DNA of 64,000 nt from Eledone cirrhosa (taxonomy: Eukaryota): NCBI GenBank assembly GCA_964016885.1, contig OZ024744.1, positions 84,072,001 through 84,136,000 of the forward strand, written 5' to 3'. The notes beneath the pieces are model-generated. The model did not search any database. It was not told the origin of the DNA and saw nothing but the letters and a program-made list of their open reading frames with translations. This document shows positions 14,610-27,582 of the stretch, in pieces (position 1 is the first letter of the stretch; every line of letters starts with the position of its first letter). The translations under genes and the position numbers were made by a program.

Positions 14610-15030
14610 GTCCATCGCTTCTTCTTCGCACCGGTTGCCGTCGAGACCTCAGGCGTACTTGGACCCCGTACTGCCGAGCTCCTCCGCTAGATCGGAGCGT
14701 CGGCGGCCCGTCTGAGGGGGAGCCCTGCGAGGTTGGGTGGCTGTTGGACAGGTGTCACTGGCCATTGCCCAAGGGAATGCTCTTGCCGTCTTGTTAGAGG
14801 GACGCTGCAATTCTGTCCTCTTGCCCTCGGCCTAAACCCAATCACCCTCCCCCTTCATCCCTCCCATATCTTCAGTGACACCAGAGCTCTTGCCAACCCC
14901 TCCCCTTCCTGATATTTTTCTTCTTTCTTTCTCTCCTATTTTTTGTTCTATATTTTTTTTTTATTTCCCTATTCTTTCTTTCCTTTTGTTTCTCCTATTT
15001 TATTATTTCTATATTGAAAATAAATATAAT
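14610..15030 (+). mobile_element. CRE-like RLE non-LTR retrotransposon 3' fragment
   Basis: FFAPVAVETSGVLGP...SLAIAQGNA translated by eye. Pyrimidine-rich 3' UTR with AATAAA at about 15019. Confidence 0.6.
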
Positions 15031-15429
15031 TATCTGACCACCCTGGCCAAAAACAGACTGTGGGTTCATCCTCCAAGTGACAAGAGTTGTTCAATATAAC
15101 TCAACTTGTCAGAAATGCTCGTACATTTGGATGAATGCGTGCAGAACGTTTTTTACGATCTACGTACATCACTGCCAGATCCGGCTAACGGTGTTGTGAT
15201 GCCTGAAGAGTTTATCCCTAACCAGTAATACTCCCGGCGTCACTGACAGACACTAAATTTCTGGAAGTTATTTATATTACATGGAGTGAGAATCACTTGA
15301 ATATGCTGATCTGTTAAATTTCATTGGCAACCAAAGTCTTGTCGCTATTGCCCACCACAAATAGGTTTGATGTACAACTGACTATGTTTTCTAACCAGTA
15401 GACAACTGTAAGCTACTAGCAATATTCCA

Positions 15430-15925
15430 GGTCTCTGATTTAGGCACAAGACCAACAATTATTGGGAAAAGGGAAAATCGATTAAATCGAACCCAGTACA
15501 TTACAGGTACTTTATTTTATCGACCCCGTATGGATGAAAGGCAAAGTTAACCTCGGCGGGATTCGAACTCAGAACAATGTTTCTACTTTTGGCACAAGGA
15601 CATAAATTATCCCAGTACATTACGTAAAGAACCAGAACTAAATACTGCAAAGCATTTTATCCGATGCCTACCGATTCTACCAAACCACAGCCCCTTTTTG
15701 GTTTCTTATTTAGGCACAAGGCCAGCAATTTAAAGGGAAGAGGAAAAAAGTCGATTAAATCGACCCAAGTGTGTTACGGTTGCCTAGTTTTATCGACCCC
15801 GTAAGGATGAAAAGCAAAGCTAACCTCGGTGGGATTTGAACTCAGAACGTAAAGGGCCATAATTCTATGCAGCTAAGTATGCTGTCCGACGCTTTACCGA
15901 TTCTGCCAATCCACCGCTCTTAGTA
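15430..15925 (-). mobile_element. Cluster of two to three tRNA-derived SINE copies
   Basis: The reverse complement of the SINE core (ttttatcgaccccgta.ggatgaaa.gcaaag.taacctcgg.gggatt.gaactcag) occurs twice. Confidence 0.85.
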
Positions 15926-16952
15926 ATAATAATGGTTTTTCATTTTAGTCACAAGGGCTCGTACATACAATATCATGAACGTTATAAACATGGGCTTACA
16001 ATACATGTGGATTTAGACAATGTTATATAAAAACGAGAATCAGGCACGTTATACAAAGAAGACAGGCAACAGGTATCAATACTGTAATAGTTTTATAAAT
16101 AAGTTATTTATACAATATTCTTAATTAGAAACTAAACGGAAAAGCAAGACTAGACGGAAAGAAAAAGAAAAATAATTATTACATTTAGAATACACCACCT
16201 TGATCTAGAAAGATTACATTTGCCACGAATATACGTTGTAAAACTACAAAATTATATGGTGAAGAATAATGGAAAGCTAATACAAATGGCTAAGGCACAC
16301 GAACAAAATAAAAAAATCGTTTTCTGTCTTCATTGAAGCCAACAAATACAAAACAGAAACTGATATGACAGATAGTTATGGAGACAAAAGAGAAACAACA
16401 GAAATTGTGAAAAGTGTATAATTTATGCTAAAATAGTACTAGAGAATACAATGGTAAAATGATATTAATAAAAGCCCTACATGCCCAATAACTGGAAATC
16501 TGAACAGGGTGGGCATATACAAGCTAAATTCGCAACACTTGCTGAGAAGAACAGTATTCTAAGCCGAGTCTTAAGGAATCTTCATTGCGGTACAAATTCA
16601 GTCTCTAAACGGAACAGTAACAACCAAAACTACTTAAGGAAGCATATGAAATACCATCAGAAATACCAAGCATTATGAAATTCCACCAGAAAAGTGGTTG
16701 GTATAGGCACCGAAGAAAATATCCCGGAGAATGACAAAACTATCATACACTTGAATATGTGACTACACTAAAACCTAATAGATCAGACATTGTAAGCTAA
16801 GACCACCAGGAAAAGGAATACATCTTAATTGAAGTGTCAGTCCCAACAAATGATAATGTATCTCTTTATGAAATGGAAGAATTATACAAATATAATGATC
16901 TAGAGGTAACCCGAATTGGGGCACAGAAAACTGAAATAATTCCTATAATAAT

Positions 16953-17143
16953 CCTTTCTACTTTTGGCACAAGGCCAGCAAATACCCCAGAGCATTACTG
17001 GTGTTATTTTTTTTATTTTTATCGACACGTAAGGATGAAAGGCAAAAGCAAACCTCGGCGGGATTTGAACTCAGAACGTAAATGGCCATAACTCTATGGT
17101 GCAAATCATGGTGCTAACGCTTTATTGATACTGGCAATCCACC
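16953..17143 (-). mobile_element. tRNA-derived SINE
   Basis: Reverse-complement SINE core. Confidence 0.8.
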
Positions 17144-17256
17144 ATAATATCAGGTAGATTGAGAATAATTGAAAAAAAAACTTACAGAAAAATACACAAC
17201 AAAACACCCGAACATACAAATTTACACAACTTACTGAAAATAGCACTACTATACAC

Positions 17257-17457
17257 CAGGCATGTCAAACTGAGGGTTTCCCAAGGGCCACATGTGTCTC
17301 ATATGTGTTTTCTGAGGACCACACAGGACAACTAATAGCGCACATTACAACACATTTTTTTTATTTTATATTACGAAGATAAAACATGCTCGTGCTGTAA
17401 AAACCTTTGTACGGGCCGCAGGTGTGTTTGTAAACGGCTGCATGTTTGACATGCCAG
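17257..17457. mobile_element. hAT-superfamily MITE
   Basis: Terminal inverted repeats CAGGCATGTCAAAC / GTTTGACATGCCAG. 8-bp target duplication ctatacac (17249-17256) / ctatagac (17458-17465). Confidence 0.85.
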
Positions 17458-17629
17458 CTATAGACTACTCATATATAATGCAGAGTATTTCAATGGAATA
17501 AAAGCAATTCCGAAATAAAACACTGCGCATGTCCAAAACACCCAGAGCTATACTCTTTAATGCACTAAAACAATAGAAATAATAATGCCTTTCTTTATTT
17601 TGAAGTCGATAAAAAATACCAGTAAAATA

Positions 17630-17820
17630 ATTGTTTCTACTTTTGGCACAAGGACAGCAAATATCCCTCAGTGCATTACTGGTACTTTATCTTATCGACC
17701 CCGTAAGGATGAAAGGCAAAGTTAACCTCGGCGGGATTTGAACTCAGACTGTAAAGGGACGTAACTATGCTGGAAAACATGGTGTTCGACTCTCTACCGA
17801 TACTGCCAATTCACCGCCCC
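17630..17820 (-). mobile_element. tRNA-derived SINE
   Basis: Close reverse complement of 63774-63959. Confidence 0.88.
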
Positions 17821-17844
17821 AGTAAAATAATGAGGTTGATTCTT

Positions 17845-17887
17845 TCTCTATATATCTTTCTTACTTCCCTTCTCCCTCCTCTCACTC

Positions 17888-17971
<84 letters not shown>

Positions 17972-18770
17972 AATCTCACTCTCTCTTTCTCTTTCTCTCT
18001 TTCTGTTTTCTCTCTCTGTTTCTCTGTTTCTCTGTTTCTCTCTCTCACTCTCTCTCACAAACACATACACTTTTTCTCTTTCTTTCTCCCTCTCTCATCC
18101 TCTCTGTCTCTCACTCTCTCATTCTCTCGCACTCTCCCTCTCTCTATTTCACTCTCTCTAATCTAACTCTCTCCCTCTCTCTTCCTCTCTTTCTCCCTCT
18201 CTCATTCTCTCCCACTCTCCCCCTTCTCCCACTCTCTACCTCTCTCTCTCTAACTATCTCCCTCTCTCTCTCTTTCTAAATCTCACCCTCTCGCCCTCTC
18301 TTTCTCCCTCGCTCTCTCACTCTCAGCCTCTTTCTACCCCTCTCTCCCTCTCTCTCTAAATCTCTCTAAATGTGTGTATGTGCATATGTATACATTTATA
18401 TGTACGAGTATATAAATATAAACACGCAAACACAGATACACTTACAAAAGTACACACTCATAGACATACATTCACACTAAATACACATGCATTCACACAA
18501 ACGCACATACATTTACACACTCACATACAGCGTAGCAAATGGAACGCCAACCGCTGGTTTTCCTATAGTTTTGTTCACTATCCCGTTCCTTCTTATTACA
18601 AACGCATACATTCACGCAAACACATACACACACATACATATACACACACATACGCACACACATATACACACGCGCGCACACACACACACACTCGTTATAT
18701 GACGAACTGACGAACGGAAGTCGCTCAAATTTATATATTTATATATATATATATATATATATATAGATTG
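17845..18770. repeat. (CT)n then (CA)n/(TA)n low-complexity tracts
   Basis: Read directly from the sequence. Confidence 0.9.
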
Positions 18771-19104
18771 TCGTAACTTTCTTTCCCTGTTTTCTGTCAA
18801 CACACCGTAGTAACTGAAATATCTTTGCATCTTCCGCAACAGCCCCCCCCCCCTCCTCCTCCTCCCCGCTTGTGTATATGTGACTCATGTCCGTGTTTAA
18901 GTTTCTGTCTGTGTTTATGTCTGGAACTTAGCAGTTCGACAAAAAGTAATCGATAAAATAAGTACTTTTGAGAATACTTTTGAGACGTGGCATTATAATG
19001 GTCGTAGTTGAATGAATGAAACTAGTAAAAGTATAAAAGAAAGTGTGTGATGGTAGGAGGTGAAATGTTATGTGTTATATGTTATTTGGAACGTATATGA
19101 ACCA

Positions 19105-19174
<70 letters not shown>

Positions 19175-19479
19175 TAATTATCTTTCAGGTGGGTTTTTAC
19201 GATACATGATATAAGCAAAGAAAGAGCGCGGAAGAGGGCAAATACATTTTTTTTAAAAGAGAAAGCAATAAATGGTTACGGGGAGGGTGGACAGGTAGGT
19301 TTTTCTCGTCATTTTGGCTCCATACATGTTAATATTTCTGCCAAACTATGAAAGTTGCCGCCATTATTGAAAGATAGTGAACGAATTAGAATTGAAAATA
19401 ATTTCAATCATATTTAAAGAAAGGAAACAAAAAAAAACCCCACTGATATAGAAATACATATGGGCAGAAAGGAAGGTGG

Positions 19480-21230
<1,751 letters not shown>

Positions 21231-21244
21231 ATAGTTTTAATATA

Positions 21245-21303
21245 GATGAGATTCTACAGGACTAGAACTGTTTCATTCTTTAGAAATCATCAGGAATCTC
21301 ATC
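21245..21303 (-). ncRNA. Type I hammerhead ribozyme
   Basis: Minus strand reads gatgagattc-CTGATGA-tttc taaa gaat-GAAA-cag ttctagtc ctg-TA|-gaatctcatc. 10-bp stem I and an intact core. Confidence 0.8.
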
Positions 21304-21316
21304 AGGAATCTCATCA

Positions 21317-21369
21317 GGGGTTCCTGATGATTTCTAAAGAATGAAACAGTTCTAGTCCTGTAGAATCTC
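21317..21369 (+). ncRNA. Type I hammerhead ribozyme (mirror copy)
   Basis: ggggttc-CTGATGA-tttctaaagaat-GAAA-cag..ctg-TA|gaatctc. Stem I is kept with two G-U pairs. Confidence 0.7.
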
Positions 21370-21547
21370 ATCTATATTAAAACTTTTATACTCTGCTATG
21401 TATTGAGTACCTTACTTACTGTGGTTACCTCCGATTCAACCCGGAATAACGTATATATATATATATATATATATACATATCTATATACTTATACATACAT
21501 TCATACACATATATATATATATGTATATGTGTATATGTATATATGCA

Positions 21548-21579
<32 letters not shown>

Positions 21580-21652
21580 CACACATATGTGTGTGTGTAT
21601 GTGTATGTATTTATGTGTGCGTGATGTTTGTGTGTGTATATATATATATATA

Positions 21653-21689
<37 letters not shown>

Positions 21690-21790
21690 ATATATATATA
21701 TATACATATATGTTTGTGTGTGTGTGTGTGTGTGTATATGTAGGTGTGCGTGATGTTTGTGTGTGTGTGTATGTATGTGTGCGTGATGTT

Positions 21791-21822
<32 letters not shown>

Positions 21823-22066
21823 ACTTTCTTCATATATATATATATACATAGATGTGTTTGTGCGTGCATGTGTGTGTGTGGGGGGGGGGGGGGCTTCTCT
21901 TGCTTTCTCCACAATTTTATTTTTTACACTGTAGTCAGTGTATGTAAATTCATTTCACGGATAATGAAAAGTGGTAGATTCCATTAGGACTTTTTAAGGA
22001 ATAAGGAATTGTTGACAGGGGCTTTACTGGGAACTACTGTATCTATTGTAGCTGTCTCTGTTGCGT

Positions 22067-22257
22067 GCGGTAGATTGGCAGTATCGGTGGAGCGTCCGAC
22101 GCCATGCTTTACAGCATAGAGTTAGCTCCCTTTATGATCTGAGTTTAAATCCCGCCGAGATGAACTTTGCCTTTCATCCTTACGAAGTCGATAAAATAAA
22201 GCACCAGTAATACACTGGGGGTAATTTGCTGGCCTCCTCGTGCCAAAAGTAGAAACA
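22067..22257 (+). mobile_element. tRNA-derived SINE
   Basis: A-box-like TGGCAGTATCGG, B-box-like GAGTTTAAATCCC, shared core and tail. Confidence 0.88.
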
Positions 22258-22269
22258 ATTGTATCTTTT

Positions 22270-22554
22270 TTGGTGGTAGTGGTGGTGTTGTTGTGGTGGT
22301 GTTGTGGTGGCGTTGTGGTGGTGTTGGTGGTGGTGGTAGTGGTGGCGTTGTGGTGGCGCTGTTGTTGGTGGTAGTGGTGTTGGCGTTGTTGTTGTTGGTG
22401 GTTGTGGTGGTAGTGGTGGTGTTGTGGTGGCGCTGTTGTTGGTGGTAGTGGTGGTGTTGTTGTGGTGGTGTTGTGGTGGCGGTGGTGGTGGTGGCGGTGG
22501 TAGTGGTAGTGGTGGTGTTGTGGTGGCGCTGTTGTTGGTGGTAGTGGTGTTGGC

Positions 22555-22586
<32 letters not shown>

Positions 22587-24520
22587 TGGTGGTAGTGGTG
22601 GTGTTGTGGTGGCGCTGTTGTTGGTGGTAGTGGTGGTGGTGGTAGTGGTGTTGGTGGTGTTGGTGGTGGTGGTGGTGGTGGTGGTAGTGGTGTTGGTGGT
22701 GTTGGTGGTGGTGGTGGTGGTGGTGGTGGTAGTGGTGGTGTTGTGGTGGCGCTGTTGTTGGTGGTAGTGGTGTTGGCGTTGTTGTTGTTGGTGGTGGTGG
22801 TAGTGGTGGTGTTGTGGTGGCGTTGTTGTTGGTGGTAGTGGTGTTGGTGGTCTTAGTGTTGGTGGTGGTGGTAGTGGTGGTGTTGTGGTGGCGCTGTTGT
22901 TGGTGGTAGTGGTGTTGGTGGTGTTGGTGTTGGTGGTGGTGGTAGTGGTGGTGTTGTGGTGGCGCTGTTGTTGGTGGTAGTGGTGTTGGTGGTGTTGGTG
23001 TTGGTGGTGGTGGTAGTGGTGGTGGTGTGGTGGCGCTGTTGTTGGTGGTAGTGGTGTTGGTGGTGTTGGTGTTGGTGGTGGTGGTAGTGGTGGTGTTGTG
23101 GTGGCGCTGTTGTTGGTGGTAGTGGTGTTGTTGGTGTTAGTGTTGGTGGTGGCGGTAGTGGTGATGTTGTGGTGGCGCTGTTGTTGGTGGTAGTGGTGTT
23201 GGTGGTGTTAGTGTTGGTGGTGGCGGTAGTGGTGGTGTTGTGGTGGCGCTGTTGTTGGTGGTAGTGGTGTTGGCGTTGTTGTTGTTGGTGTTGTTGTTGG
23301 TGGTGGTGTTGTGGTGGCGCTGTTGTTGGTGGTAGTGGTGTTGGTGGTGTTAGTGTTGGTGGTGGCGGTAGTGGTGGTGTTGTGGTGGCGCTGTTGTTGG
23401 TGGTAGTGGTGTTGGCGTTGTTATTGTTGGTGTTGTTGTTGGTGGTGGTGTTGTAGTGGCGCTGTTGTTGGTGGTAGTGGTGTTGGTGGTGTTAGTGTTG
23501 GTGGTGGCGGTAGTGGTGGTGTTGTGGTGGCGCTGTTGTTGGTGGTAGTGGTGTTGGCGTTGTTGTTGTTGGTGTTGTTGTTGGTGGTGGTGTTGTGGTG
23601 GCGCTGTTGTTGGTGGTAGTGGTGTTGGTGGTGTTAGTGTTGGTGGTGGCGGTAGTGGTGGTGTTGTGGTGGCGCTGTTGTTGGTGGTAGTGGTGTTGGC
23701 GTTGTTATTGTTGGTGTTGTTGTTGGTGGTGGTGTTGTGGTGGCGCTGTTGTTGGTGGTAGTGGTGTTGGTGGTGTTAGTGTTGGTGGTGGCGGTAGTGG
23801 TGGTGTTGTGGTGGCGCTGTTGTTGGTGGTAGTGGTGTTGGTGGTGTTGGTGTTGGTGGTGGCGGTAGTGGTGGTGTTGTGGTGGCGCTGTTGTTGGTGG
23901 TAGTGGTGTTGGTGGTGTTAGTGTTGGTGGTGGCGGTAGTGGTGGTGTTGTGGTGGCGCTGTTGTTGGTGGTAGTGGTGTTGGCGTTGTTGTTGTTGGTG
24001 TTGTTGTTGGTGGTGGTGTTGTGGTGGCGCTGTTGTTGGTGGTAGTGGTGTTGGTGGTGTTAGTGTTGGTGGTGGCGGTAGTGGTGGTGTTGTGGTGGCG
24101 CTGTTGTTGGTGGTAGTGGTGTTGGCGTTGTTGTTGTTGGTGGAGGTTGTGGTTGTGGTAGTAGTGGTGGTGTTGTGGTGGTGCTGTTGTTGGTGGTAGT
24201 GATGGTGCTGGTGGTGGAAGTGGTGGTGGTGATGATGACGCTGTTGTTGTTGTTGGTGGTGGTGGTGTTGGTGTAGGTGTTGGTTGAGGTGGTGTTTGTG
24301 GTGTTGTAGTGGTAGAGCGGATGGTGGCGGTGGGACTCATGGTGGTTGTCTTGTTGTTGGCGGTGATGATAGTGGTGGTGCTGATGGTGTTGATGGTGCT
24401 GGTGCTGGTGGTGGAAGTGGTGGTGGTGGAGATGATGTCGTTGTTGTTGTTGTTGCAGGTGGTGGTGATGGTGGTGGTGGTAGTGGTGGTGGTGGTAGTG
24501 GTGGTAATGTATTTGTTGTT
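22270..24520. repeat. (GGT/GTT)-based minisatellite with a 71-bp period
   Basis: The anchor gcgctg recurs at 22891, 22962, 23033, 23104, 23175, 23246, 23317, 23388 and 23459. Confidence 0.9.
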
Positions 24521-24526
24521 GTTGTC

Positions 24527-25150
24527 AGGGCGATGGATTGGCAGAGTTGGTAGAGCGCTATATAACATATTTTTTGCAGCATGTAGTTATGGCCCTTTAC
24601 GTTCTGAGTTCAAATCCCGCCGAGGTTAACTTTGCCTTTCATCCTTACGAGGTCGGTAAAATAAAGTACCAGTAATGCACTTTCAAATTGCTAGCCTTGT
24701 GCCTAAATCAGAAACAATTAGTTGTTGGTGGTGGTAGTGATGTTAGTGGCGGTGGTGGTGGTGATGGTGGTGGTGGTGGCGGTGGTGGTTGTCAGGGAGG
24801 TGGCTTAACATTGACGGTAGAGCGTCGGACAGATACTTAATACTAACAGTTCCTGTCGACTGAGTTTCAAATCCCGCCGAGGTTAACTTTTCTTTTTATC
24901 TTTTCGATGTCGATAAAATAAATTATAATCGACTTACCCCTCTCCACAAATTGCTGTCCTTGTGCCTAAAGTATAAACTATTATTAGTATCGATTGCGGT
25001 GTTATGTATTTGGCAGAGTCGTTAAAACATCATCGGACATGTTATTTTGTGGTATTTATCCTATGTTCTGAGTTCAAATCTCGCTGGGTTAAACTTTGTC
25101 TTTCATCCTGCCGAGTTTGATAAAATAAAGTACCAGTTAAGTACTGGGGT
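24527..25150 (+). mobile_element. Three tandem tRNA-derived SINE copies (about 24527-24717, 24794-24980, 24996-25150)
   Basis: B-box and core are repeated three times. Confidence 0.85.
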
Positions 25151-25260
25151 CGTTTCTTTTTAGTTCCCGCGCCACATTGTGGGGAGGGGCGAAATAAATA
25201 GACCACTGATACAGATATTTGTTTTAAGTTCAACTATCAAATTACTCAAATATCTAGCCT

Positions 25261-25647
25261 CAAGAAATGTTCATATTTTCGCAGAAATACCTTTGTCATT
25301 TTCTCCGCGGGGCGCAGACGAAACACCGCTCTGACTTAGATGTAATCACTCTCTCCACTGCCCACTTTCTTTCTTTCTTTCGTTACCTAATACTTATTGC
25401 TCTAAAATTACATAAAGATAATAATTTTTTTCATATTTAGTTAAACTTATAGAAAAAGAAAGTAATATTGGAAAGGAGTATAAATACTATAAAATGAGAG
25501 AAAAGAGAGAGGAAGGGCAACGAAAGAAAGAAAGAAAGTGGGCATGGAGAGAGTGACAGATTCTACATCTAAATCAGAACGGTATTTCGTCTGCGCCCTG
25601 CGGACAAAATGGTAAATGCATTTCCACGAAAATATGAACATTTCTTG
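25261..25647. mobile_element. MITE-like inverted repeat with roughly 125-bp diverged arms
   Basis: caagaaatgttcatattttcg...ctttcgtt (25261-25384) versus aacgaaag...cgaaaatatgaacatttcttg (25519-25647). Confidence 0.65.
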
Positions 25648-25674
25648 TGTCTAAAATTCCGTCTCTCTCTATCT

Positions 25675-26365
25675 ATCTAGGGCGGGTAAAATCCACGAAA
25701 TCCATGGCCGAATTCTCTTCAGCGATCTCTGTCCTTCATCATCTCCGCCATATTCTGCATCGCCCAGAGACCAGTGTCTGTCCTTAGTCTCCCTCTTCCA
25801 GTCTGTCCTTAGTCTCCCTCTTCCAGTCTGTCCTTAGTCTCTCTCTTCCAGTCTGTCCTTAGTCTCCCTCTTCCAGTCTGTCCTTAGTCTCCCTCTTCCA
25901 GTCTGTCCTTAGTCTCCCTCTTCCAGTCTGTCCGTGTAGGGGCTCCCATAAGAGCACTGAGTGCAGTGTCAACTCTGAATGTCGGTGAGCATGTCCAGCT
26001 AACCTCAATCTCCTCTGTGTTACTTTCGAGCTTACTTTTGGGAGGCTCCCATACAGCTCTGAGTTCTTCATCCTCAGTGTATACTGATTAATGTTCGGAA
26101 CCATTCTCAACATTCTCGTGTAGCACCCATCCACCATATTAGTGAGTTTGTTGGTCAGTGTCCAAGTCCCAGACACGTACAGCAGCACATACTCCACTGC
26201 AGCAACGAAGAGATGGATCTTCAGGTTTTTACGAAGGTCCGACTTCCACACCGATCTCAAACTGTGGCACGACGCTTTGCTCTTCCTTTCAACCACATCA
26301 TCCTCTGTGTTCCCAATCTTTTCCCCCAGATACAGCAAGTCCTCAACCAACTCTAGCGGCTTCCC
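25675..26365 (-). mobile_element. RTE-clade LINE 3' fragment
   Basis: F.YLG...LLY..ETWTL-like motifs and RRLRLAGHAHRH...LLWEP..GRGR (ORF 25859-26350). (ATAG)n-like tail. Confidence 0.85.
25776..25933. repeat. 25-bp tandem repeat, 6.3 copies
   Basis: Unit gtctgtccttagtctccctcttcca. Confidence 0.95.
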
Positions 26366-26903
26366 GCTTTACATTCATAATTTTCTCTGGCTTCTTAATG
26401 TTCTCTACCAGATACATCGTCTTAATCTCCTTCATTTACAGCCCCATCTCTATATCAATTCTAAATATTACAAACTCCAGTTGTTTCTCAGTAATTTAAT
26501 TTTTTTCCATTATATCGTCCAGAAAAAAAAACTATGTTCTTCATTTTCTACTTGACTAGCTACTAAATACAATAGATTTAGTGCCAAAAACAAAATTAAA
26601 GCACAGACAGACTGTCTCCTTTCAATAATCTCATTGAAACATCAGTTACTCGTGTAAAGACTGTCGACAAGACTATCGTGAACCTTTCAATTACAACAAC
26701 TAGGACAGTCAGTACATTTGCCAAATCAGTGTTCCCATTCATTTTTTTTTTTTAGTTCATTTTAATTTTTCTTTATAATAATATTTGTCCGTGCTATGGC
26801 AAGCTGATTTGATATGTGATTTGATATGTGATATATGAGCGCGTGTCTATGTATATATTCCGATACACACACATACACACTCATGTCCAACAATATATAT
26901 ATA

Positions 26904-26945
<42 letters not shown>

Positions 26946-27036
26946 ATAATAATAACTTTGAAGACTAAAATCCAAAGAGGGCTCGATAAGGATAAATATA
27001 TATCAAATATATAAGAACCGTAGAGCAAATATTTTA

Positions 27037-27109
<73 letters not shown>

Positions 27110-27110
<1 letters not shown>

Positions 27111-27540
27111 GTGCGATGTTGTTGGACATGAGAATGAGTGCTCAGTACCGAGGTACAGTTTAAATTGTTTGGGTATATCCTCGACTGACTTCATCAAGAA
27201 CTCAGGTGGTAGTTGGTCAGTACAGGACGAAGGCGTTCTTCCAATTGAATCAGAGTTTGTGGTTTTAAGATATAAAATTCTTCCTTCGTCGACCACCGCA
27301 GAAAAAATCCCATATCCATAAATCAGAGCTTCTTGCTGACCATTTATGTGGAACTCGACAACCCTGCCAACGATCTGGAAATTGGATATCAAGCCCCTCA
27401 CAGACAGTTCGTGCAAAACGAGGGGCCCCAACAGTTTATGTTGCTAACTGGTGGAGTTCTGGTGCTACAGTGGCCCTTAAATTAAACCGCAAATTGAGGT
27501 GCGCTTTATAAGCCCATATATCTCATAATCCATCAAATAC
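27110..27540 (-). mobile_element. Tc1/mariner-like transposase C-terminal remnant
   Basis: ...PPEFLMKSVEDIPK. Nucleotide similarity to 39345-39480 on the opposite strand. Confidence 0.5.

Positions 27541-27579
<39 letters not shown>

Positions 27580-27582
<3 letters not shown>

Larger units (their letters stand above)
15960..17560 (+). mobile_element. Old R4/Dong-type RLE LINE 3' fragment, interrupted by a SINE and a hAT MITE
   Basis: PNRSDIV...ILIEVSVPTNDNVS...KYNDL (RLE domain, about 16775-16900), homologous to 41080-41919. Confidence 0.65.
21233..21450. mobile_element. Palindromic non-autonomous PLE-type mini-element in (TA)n
   Basis: Inverted arms 21233-21300 and 21317-21384. Central 12-bp unit atcaggaatctc repeated about 2.5 times. 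Confidence 0.65.

Noticed and set aside
19189-19294. Possible host exon (tttcAG|...caG|GTAGGT)
   Set aside because: Isolated 106-nt segment with no recognisable protein similarity or partner exons; cannot be supported without RNA data.
23918-24629. Thr/Pro/His-rich mucin-like ORFs
   Set aside because: They derive from the GGT minisatellite. The 71-bp period breaks frame and the ORF starts lie inside a SINE.
25776-25933. CRISPR-like regular repeat
   Set aside because: Head-to-tail units with no spacers, no cas genes and a eukaryotic context.
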